Source of the DNA: Eledone cirrhosa
Taxonomy: Eukaryota
DNA: 64,000 bases
Direction of reading: 5' to 3'
Assembly: GCA_964016885.1 (NCBI GenBank)
Contig: OZ024743.1
Location: 154,504,001-154,568,000, forward strand
Shown: piece after piece, positions 56,150-64,000 of the stretch
Numbering within the stretch: position 1 is the stretch's first letter
Layout: each line of letters starts with the position of its first letter
Position numbers and translations under genes: made by a program
Notes under the pieces: model-generated
Databases searched by the model: none
Told to the model about the DNA's origin: nothing
Seen by the model: only the letters and a program-made list of their open reading frames with translations

Positions 56150-58740
56150 ATGCTGACAAAGGACCATCTTCCGTTATCACTTAAGAATATACCCATACCA
56201 CCAAGGGGTACTTATGAAAAGCAGCTTATAACCAGCGTTAACTCGTTTGTAAAGAGAATATGATGGCGCACATTTCACTTCGATAGGCGCCGTAGCGCCC
56301 CACTAGAGAGTCCATCGAATAATAAGTATGGATTTAGGACATTTAGGAGCCCGCCCCATAACCCTCTACTAGATAAATTTGAGAATGACCTATTGTCTCT
56401 CGTCCGGTCTATTAGATATAAAAGGAAAAACGGTAAGCGTAGCGGCTTCCAAACAAAGTTAGAATCACTAGTTAAATCTTTTAAGGACAGAAATTGTATA
56501 CTCGTACCCTCGGACAAGACTAGGAATATGTACAACCTGAGTTATGAAGAATACCGCGGTTTCATATACAATGAGCTACATAAAAACTATAACAAAAACC
56601 ACTGTAGCCAACCTAGATGAGATTAACAGGGAGGCTAAAGTGATATTAACGAAGCTAGGACTAGAGAAATGCACACAACCTTATACCCCTCGACAACCAA
56701 GGTTCACATTGAAAGATCATAAGGAGGACTTCGCAAGTAGCCCCTCTGTCAGGCTCATTAGCCCTTCTAAATCTGACATAGGGATTATAAGTAAAAAAAT
56801 ACTAGATGAAGTCATACCGAAAGTTAAAGACAGGATTAGCCGTGACCTATGGGGAAACACTGCAGAAGTGATAAAGTGGTTCTCAAGCATTAGCAACCAT
56901 AAATCACTACGCTTCATCCAGTTCGATATAGACTCCTACTATACGTCTATATCCCCCATACTACTAAATAAGGCGCTCATGATGGCAATGCGGACGGGCG
57001 GACTCACTAGATCCCAGATTGACATAGTCCTTGCCGCTCGTAAAACAATTATCACATTTGAGGATGAATTGTGGTGCGCAAGAACACTCGTAACAACTTC
57101 GACATCACTATGGGGTCTAGCGACTCAGCGCAGGTGCAAGACCTCGTCGGATTGTACTTGCTCAAGGAGCTCAACGAGCAGCTCCCACACCTCAGAGGTG
57201 GGCTATACCGTGACGACGCATTGCTTACTCTGGACATTAAACGACACAACTTAGAAAGAACTAGAAAGGACCTATATAAATTCTACAAGAATTTTAACCT
57301 ATCAATAACTATGGATAGAAATAGTAAGGTAGTCAACTTTCTAGATGCCATACTAGACCTAGATAAGTTAGAATATGCACCGTACCATAAACCTAACGAA
57401 AGGATGACATACGTCAATGCCAGCTCCAACCACCCAGGCTCAGTCCTCAAAGCAATAGTTAAAGGAGTATCTAGTAGGATTAGCGGACTATCTAGCAGCG
57501 TGACCGCATTTGAAGCGAACGCGGAATATTACAATAAGGCGCTAGCTGGGTCAGGGCACAAAGATAAACTCCATTATGTTGAGACAGGCGGCACCACCCC
57601 GCCACCCCAACCCAGCACTGTAATAACGCATAATATGTCCATGGGAGTTGGAAGGAGAGCTAGAAAGACGAATAGGGACAATAGGAAGTTAGCTAAGAAC
57701 AACAACACTCACAACGCAGACACGGATAGGGCCCACACGCCTGGTAAGCGCTATGCCGCCCCAAGCAAGTCCAACAGTGAAAACGGGGGACAGAGGCCTA
57801 GGAGACTCGAAACCAACGCACATACCACTGGGAGCCCAGCAACCACACCTGGTAGAACCCGTAATAATATAGACGAAGAGAGGGTAAGCAGCATAGGGGA
57901 TAAGAAACGCAGTGGAAGGAATAGAAGACGTGATAGTACCTTCTTTAATCCGCCCTTCAACTCTAAAGTTACTACAGACCTCCCCAAATCTTTTTTCTCT
58001 TTAATAGATAAGAACTTCCCCCCAGGTAGTAGGTACGGTAATGTCATCAATAAGAATACTATCAAGCTATCGTACTCTACAACCCCTAATCTGGCCTCAC
58101 ACCTAGCTAAGACCAATACGAGTAAGATTAAAGAGGGACTTAAGGCCATCCGAAATAGTGAACCACGCCAGTACATACGACAACACGGGACCAACCCACT
58201 GAGTGAAAGACCCAGGGGAATAATAGGCAATAGAACCGGTCCCACTAGGCAGCCCCGCGGCTGCTTGGAGGGACATGCACCCCTGATTGAGGAGCATGAC
58301 CCTATTAAAAAGTGTAATTGCAGAAGGAAGGACAAATGCCCACTAGCTGGACACTGCCTTATTAGGAACGTGGTATATGCTTGTAACGTAACCACAGACA
58401 CGTATACTAAGACGTATGTGGGATCAACCGCTAACGAGTTCAAGACGAGGTTCAACGCCCACGAGCATAGCTTCCGATATGAGAAGCTTAAAATTACCAC
58501 ATCGTTAGCGGAGCATATACATAACTTAAAACAAACAAAAACCCCTACACACTAAGCTGGAGATGCCTTACTAAAGCTCCTCCATATAGCTCGTTGAGCA
58601 GGTTTTGTAGCCTGTGCCTATCTGAATCACATGCCATAGTATTCTCAGGACTCAACTTGCTCAACAGGAGATCATAAATCTTCTCGTCCTGCCCCCATAC
58701 TATACTTAGCTCTTTCTTATTCTTCAGACCAGACACATAG
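56150..58740 (+). pseudogene. PLE reverse transcriptase / GIY-YIG endonuclease ORF, disrupted (TGA at 56261, about 3 frameshifts, TAA near the C-terminus)
   Basis: N-terminal SLKNIPIP..SFVKRI*W, SDKTRNMY, TLKDHKEDF..SVRLISPSKSDIG, FIQFDIDSYYTSI, FDITMGSSDSAQV, GLYRDDAL, NFLDAILDL, CNC..CPL..CL..VVY..TYVGST..FKTRFNAH, CSLCLSE..LLNRRS..CPH. Confidence 0.93.
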
Positions 58741-58850
58741 CCCTGGCACCACCCTGGCACCACCCTGGCCCGCACTTGGTAGCCCCGCTGGCGAACAGGG
58801 TGCTCTTTAGTAACCTCGGCCGCATAGATGCCTCGGCTCCCCGATTGGCG

Positions 58851-59093
58851 ATGAGGACTCTGGTGAGGAACAGACGAAGCTGTGTCCCACCTGCCAACCT
58901 GGGATTGGTGGCAGCATTGTTGCTGGGCACCCTGGGGGCAGCTGATGCCTGCAATGTAGGACATTGTGAGTGCCTGGACCCACGTTGACTAATCTGGGAA
59001 GGTGCCGTCGGAGATGTATGTCAACAAACTCGAGAACATGCCCAGGGAAACAGTAACAAAACACCCAATATGGCGGCCGCTCCCTGCCTATAA
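58851..59093 (+). other. Candidate small cargo ORF in the PLE 3' region: signal-peptide-like segment + Cys cluster, in-frame TGA at 58986
   Basis: MRTLVRNRRSCVPPANLGLVAALLLGTLGAADA/CNVGHCECLDPR*LIWEGAVGDVCQQTREHAQGNSNKTPNMAAAPCL-stop. Confidence 0.35.
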
Positions 59094-59920
59094 CCACTCA
59101 CCCCCCACCCCTCCCTTAGTAAACCCCCGCCCAAATAGATGCCCCGCCCCATTCTCCCCCACTCACATCTTTTGAGTTAGTTCTTTATTATCAGTGATTA
59201 GTTCTTTACTAATAGGAATTTTTTGTATTTTACCACAGTCGACTTAATGGGCTTGGAGAGTTGACTCCCTTGAAGTCTGACCACTCGATAAGTTAGGGGT
59301 TGTGCCCCTTGAACAGGGGTGTGTCTAGCTGGTCTACCTGCTGTCTGCTACTACCCGAGACTGGACACGGTCGTAGCCACAGGCCAGCGCGTGCGCGATA
59401 GCATAGAATATATATTTTCTGCTAGTCACCCCGTGTAATATGATACCCCAAGTTTCCATGCATGAGATTCACCGAAGCATGCGCAGTCTTAACCGGGAGA
59501 TGACTTGCAAACTTGAAAATACCACAAGTGAGACCCTTTGGGTAGCGTAGACGACGGACCATACCCGCAAATATATACCCTGATCTGTCTTGAATATACA
59601 GGGCTGACGGAATATGGATAACACGACCACCATCTAAGCTGGAACCGAGCCATACAGCAAACAAAGAGGGGACGGCCCTTCGCTTTTGACCAGTCGCGCG
59701 TGGGCTTGAGGTTCGTATATACCACCACAGTCAAATCCACACTGTTTTTTTTTACCAATATAGCATGTAGACCAATACATCCTATGTAGCGAGACCTTGG
59801 ACTTGAACCGGCTGGCTGGTCTATCGCAAAAGCGTGCAACCCCCGAAACTAAAAGATCGAACGGACCACACCCAGCAACCACTAGCTATTAGATCCGCAG
59901 GTACATTTCCCAGAGAGTCT
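59066..59920. promoter_or_regulatory. Putative internal Pol II promoter motif cluster in the PLE 3' region
   Basis: YY1-like CAATATGGCGGC 59066; GC boxes 59125 and 59141; NRF1-like GCATGCGCAG 59477; ZNF143/STAF-like TACATTTCCCAGA 59902; CpG-rich against an AT-rich background. Confidence 0.4.
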
Positions 59921-60053
59921 ACGCAGCTGATAGTGAATCACAGTTGATCCGTGAACTATGAACTTTTAAACAAGACCAACACTGCCTGGAGCTATGCAGA
60001 TGACTACATACGCATAATGGATATCGCGCCCACACGGTCACCAGTACTGTTCA

Positions 60054-60310
60054 TCCTGTTGTATGTATGTACATATCCGTGCGCGGGACATCCCTGAGTA
60101 CATTTTCTTGACCATCAATTGTTAATTGATTGTTTGTTAATTAGGCAGGAATATACCATTATGTCTGTGCTAGTCCTATGTGTTGCTGTATGTGTGTAAA
60201 TAATCCGAGCGCGGGATATCCCTGAGCTAATTTTGCCTGACTGTTAATAGTGTATTGATTACTGGTTAATTAGGCAGGAATATATTATTATGTCTTTGTT
60301 AATCCTGTAT
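60054..60310 (+). repeat. Diverged ~128 bp tandem duplication with hairpins
   Basis: atccg.gcgcggga.atccctgag at 60075 and 60203; gttaattaggcaggaatata in both units. Confidence 0.85.
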
Positions 60311-60406
60311 CAATGATTTTATGATATTTTGTTGTGATAATACATTGTTAGATTACTGAAGCTACCTTATACCTTCTTAAAAATACATGTTATAATTATT
60401 GTCTTT

Positions 60407-61414
60407 TGCTTATGTATTTTCTTATTTACCACTTTCTTTAATCTTGCCCAACTTGATATACTCTTTGAATTGCTCCCTAATTAAATTACTTAAATTACTT
60501 AAATTATTGTATCTATTATGCCTAAGTTGTATCTGTTGAAGCAGCCCTTTGAAAATTCCTCGGATATCCCAAATACCGTAATTTTTAACTTTTAATGTAT
60601 AATTTTCCTCAATTCGTTTTTATATATATCCTTAAAGGCTCTCTAAAATGTTAATTCTTCGAAGTGTCTCTCGGAGGAAGTTCCTATTAAAAATATTAAA
60701 GGTGCCTTGTCTGAGAAATTTATAGAAGGCTCTTTGAATTAACCTTTAAGTGATTAGTTTCTTTCAACTTAGTAGGGAATATCAAAACTTCGTAAGTTTT
60801 CAGAAATTTGTAAACGTGATCTCGGGGGAAGAAAGTTTTTTTCTTTGGGAAAAAATTTGTTTTCTCTCGAAGGAATTTCATAGGAAACTTTATATTTTTA
60901 TTTTTTATTTTATTAGCCTCTTAATTTCTTCTAGTTTATTAGGCTTATTGAAGCCTGTAAACTGTATGCACTTATTGAGGGATTTTTTAAGGTGCTTCTT
61001 CGGGATCCCAAGTCTTTTAGTTTACTGTTAATGCTTAAATTATATATTATCTAATTGTTAACCTTCAATCCCTGACCCCGACAACTAATATAAAAGAGCC
61101 CCCTTAGAATATAGACCCCAACTATACAAGCGGAGCTGCTGATGCATACCACAATTTCAAACTGCTAGCCTTGAGTGATACGTTTGATGTAAATAATGAT
61201 CTTACAATCACATGTTATATGCCTTGAAAAGTCCCTCCATATGGTCGGACGAAACGGCTGTCGGCAATAAACTCGTTATAATGTCATAATAGTTCCTTTG
61301 TTCTTTTTCACTTATATTTCTGCTCTGCGTATACGCATAGAGCTTAGCTAGCTACCGTCACATATTTGGTAGGACAGACGTGATCATCGCGATTCACATA
61401 CGACCTACCATACA

Positions 61415-61417
<3 letters not shown>
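60407..61417 (+). repeat. 3' pseudo-LTR plus ~100 bp tail
   Basis: Matches both the inverted and the direct 5' copies; ends at (TA)n. Confidence 0.9.
61215..61270 (+). ncRNA. Minimal type I hammerhead ribozyme, U3-A8 variant (3' pLTR copy)
   Basis: Same motif as 55864-55919. Confidence 0.75.
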
Positions 61418-61496
<79 letters not shown>

Positions 61497-61658
61497 ATAT
61501 ATATGGACCAGGCGATGCGTTATGTCCTTGAGCAAGACACTTTATTTCACGTTTCACCTTCTACCTGGAGTTGCGACCGATAGATAATATTAGCAATTGG
61601 AAAGACCAATGGAAACATTGTTCCCTCGGTCCAATTTGACGAAAGTCGATCGTTCCTA

Positions 61659-61691
<33 letters not shown>

Positions 61692-61911
61692 GAGAAAGTA
61701 AGACCCCGACGGCAGAGCTCAACCATTTCGACGGCTATTTCTGGACTAAAGTAATATATTTTTGTTTTTTTTAGTCTGGTAAATAAATAGTTGAACTTTT
61801 CGAAGAGGGTACTTCCTTATATGGGAAGCTTGTATTTGTCAAGCTAATACCCTAAGTATTGAGTACTCTGGTGCGTTATGGTCCATCTGGTTCCTTACCA
61901 CAACTCCTTTG

Positions 61912-61941
<30 letters not shown>

Positions 61942-61944
<3 letters not shown>

Positions 61945-62488
61945 AGGAAGTTATAGTTCACTTGAAGCATTGTGAAATGAGGTATAAACGTTTGTATATG
62001 TATAATATTGCCAAATCAATGCAGGTATGGACATAGAATAAAGAATGCAAATGCAAAAGATATTGTTGACAATTAGTCTTTTAGCTTAGATTTATTTAAA
62101 TGTCCTAAATTTTCGAGATAATATCTCTTCTTCCGAGGGAAGTAAAGCGGTTAAACCAGTGTTCTACATAGCTTGCCAAGTCATGCTGACAAGAAATGGT
62201 ATAGAGTATCTGTTCTATCTCTAATATCAAACAATTAAGGTTAGGTGTTTCCCTTTAAGTAGTTTCCCTTAGAGTAGTTTCCCTTTAAAAGTTTTTTTTT
62301 TTTTTTGTACCTGCCTGTTTAAGTGTGTGGAAGAATGCCTGAAGGTGTAAGTATGTGTGTGTGTGTGTGAGTGTTAGAAGATATGTCTATACGTAAATGT
62401 AGACGATAGATGTTATCTCGTGTTAGAACTGGTCTTTGTGTGTGTGTGTGTGTGTGAGAGAGAATAAGTGGAGGTGTAAGCGTGTCTA

Positions 62489-62534
<46 letters not shown>

Positions 62535-63305
62535 CGTGTGTGTGCGCGCGTGTGTGGGAGGGGGTGCAAATATGGGGCTAGATGCTCTATCAAGTTATAA
62601 ATTGGGTGTTGAGTTCTAGTCAATTCTTGATTGGTGGTTGTCTTTTGTCTATAATTAGTGCTTCCTTAATTCTAAGATTGCCGAGATCTCTATCCTTAGT
62701 TTCTATCCTAACTGTTATGGTTGTGTCGGTGTTTTTGCATTTAACTAGGTGTTTCTTAAATGAGCAAGCGTTAGTATTGAGGTGTTCTTTTATTCTTATG
62801 TGGAGTGGTCTGGTGGTGCTACCTACGTAGAAGTTGCTGCATTTGTCGCACTCAAGTCTGTATACGACGTAAGCCTGGTGGCATAGGTCTGTGTCGTTGA
62901 TGGGGCAGTTGGTTAGCCTGAAGCGGTTGTCATGTCTGGTGGAGTGTCTTTTGGTTAGCTGGCCGCGTAGAGAAGGACCTGAGTGGGCTAGTTGGATATC
63001 TAGTCCCTCTCGTCTGATAGCACTGCGGATGGCTGTTGTTGTTTCGTCACTGAAGTGCGGGAGCTTCAGGAAGCAAGTGTTAGCGCCTCGGGTGTTGTGT
63101 CCTCTGTTCTTTCTGGCACGGTTTGTGGTGGATGTCGTGTATCCGTTCAGTTTGAGTACATCCAGGAAATGTGTGGTGTGTGTGTCTCGGTCTCTAGAGT
63201 CGGTGCATTTGTTCCGGATACGTGTTAGCTCGTTCCTTATGCTTCAGAACTTAGCGCCGACTGGGAGGGCCGATCTGAAATGTACGAACAGGTCACTGCT
63301 GGTGG
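61942..63305 (-). mobile_element. 5'-truncated PLE, Nematis-like (thumb + GIY-YIG at ~62585-63305, then 3' UTR/pLTR)
   Basis: VHFRSALP..K..IRNE..RI..C, LKLNGY, FLKLPHFSD, CPI..LC..VVYRLECDKCSNFYVGSTTRPLHIRIKEHL..LRIKEALII; degenerate hammerhead-like motif near 62103-62139. Confidence 0.85.
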
Positions 63306-63572
63306 CATTTCAGATCACAGCTTTCAGAAAAAGAAAATATAAATATATTAAATGAAAGGAGTCTGTTTGCTGACAATTGTGTCTACAAAAAAGTTCTACA
63401 GTGATGTGAAACAGCTATCACTCTCTTTTACATGAAATGCATTTCGGTTTCCTTTTAACTGCTAGAAAAGGGACATTACAACATCTCAAGAAGTCTATAT
63501 GTGAATACAGAAAACAACAATATAGCGAAGGTCAACTCTTCATATTGGTAAATGTAATTCATTCATTCATAC

Positions 63573-63621
63573 CAGCACCATCTATTTTCAAATTCACTGC
63601 TTGAAGCTTCCCATCGACATT
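63573..63621 (-). CDS. Candidate host-gene exon (49 nt) NVDGKLQAVNLKIDGA
   Basis: tcttcactttag / G-gtatga; ends phase 1, compatible with 46070. Confidence 0.5.
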
Positions 63622-64000
63622 CTAAAGTGAAGACTCATGAACATTTTCCGTCAACGGTTTCGTCGCTTTTCCATCTCCGTTATCGTTTTTTTTTTAAATG
63701 TATCATGGATTATTTTTTTACTGATTACAGAAGTAAGTGTTAACACAGTCTTTGTTCAGTTTATGTCCATATTGTTAATTTATGTATCATCTCTATGTGC
63801 ATATATATTTGCGAATATCAATATGCACACTACATATGGTAGCAGAAAACCGCCCGTGAGCGGTTTTTCTGCTAATTATATCAATAAATGTTAACAAACC
63901 TTTGAAATATTCTCTAATTCTATCAAAATATTTGCCTCGTTAAAACATAAAATCTATTACAGAGTAGACAAGCTCATTCATTAATGATAAAAAGTATTTA

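Noticed and set aside
56261-56263. In-frame TGA in the Naiad-like ORF as selenocysteine
   Set aside because: It falls at the Arg of the KR(M/I)RW motif, so it is most simply a CGA-to-TGA CpG mutation. The zinc-finger positions are ordinary Cys codons, the ORF has other disablements, and I saw no clear SECIS.
57751-58500. 249 aa antisense ORF
   Set aside because: Shadow of the PLE coding strand with no recognisable motifs
59499-59545. ATGA..AAAA..GA pattern as a SECIS element
   Set aside because: Only about 5 bp of helix II pair, and there is no proper 3' GA quartet
61790-61850. Minus-strand TTGACAA..GAAA motif as a functional hammerhead
   Set aside because: Stems I and III are degenerate; noted only as a probable relic
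62891-63355. 154 aa plus-strand ORF
   Set aside because: Antisense to the PLE thumb/endonuclease region

Overview
AT-rich, microsatellite-laden animal DNA, most likely an octopod cephalopod (about 17 copies of an OK-type tRNA-derived SINE). I see no intact prokaryote-style gene. The window looks like the introns of one minus-strand host gene with many very short exons (phase-compatible chains found by eye; product not recognised). It is filled with decayed transposons: R4/Dong and Tx1-like LINE pieces, Helitrons, and above all Penelope-like retroelements (PLEs; RT + GIY-YIG) of Naiad-, Neptune- and Nematis-like types. From about 48.9 to 63.3 kb, PLE insertions are stacked back-to-back in (TA)n tracts. 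Most are fold-backs (inverted pseudo-LTR plus direct pseudo-LTR with tail) and carry type I hammerhead ribozyme motifs, several with non-canonical cores. The centrepiece is a near-complete Naiad-like PLE (54476-61417) with three U3-A8 hammerheads and an unexplained ~1.7 kb GC-rich 3' module. That module holds a signal-peptide/Cys-rich small ORF interrupted by an in-frame TGA, a YY1/GC-box/NRF1/ZNF143-like motif cluster and a duplicated covarying hairpin. All assignments come from reading motifs by eye; no database search was run, and boundaries are approximate to a few bases.
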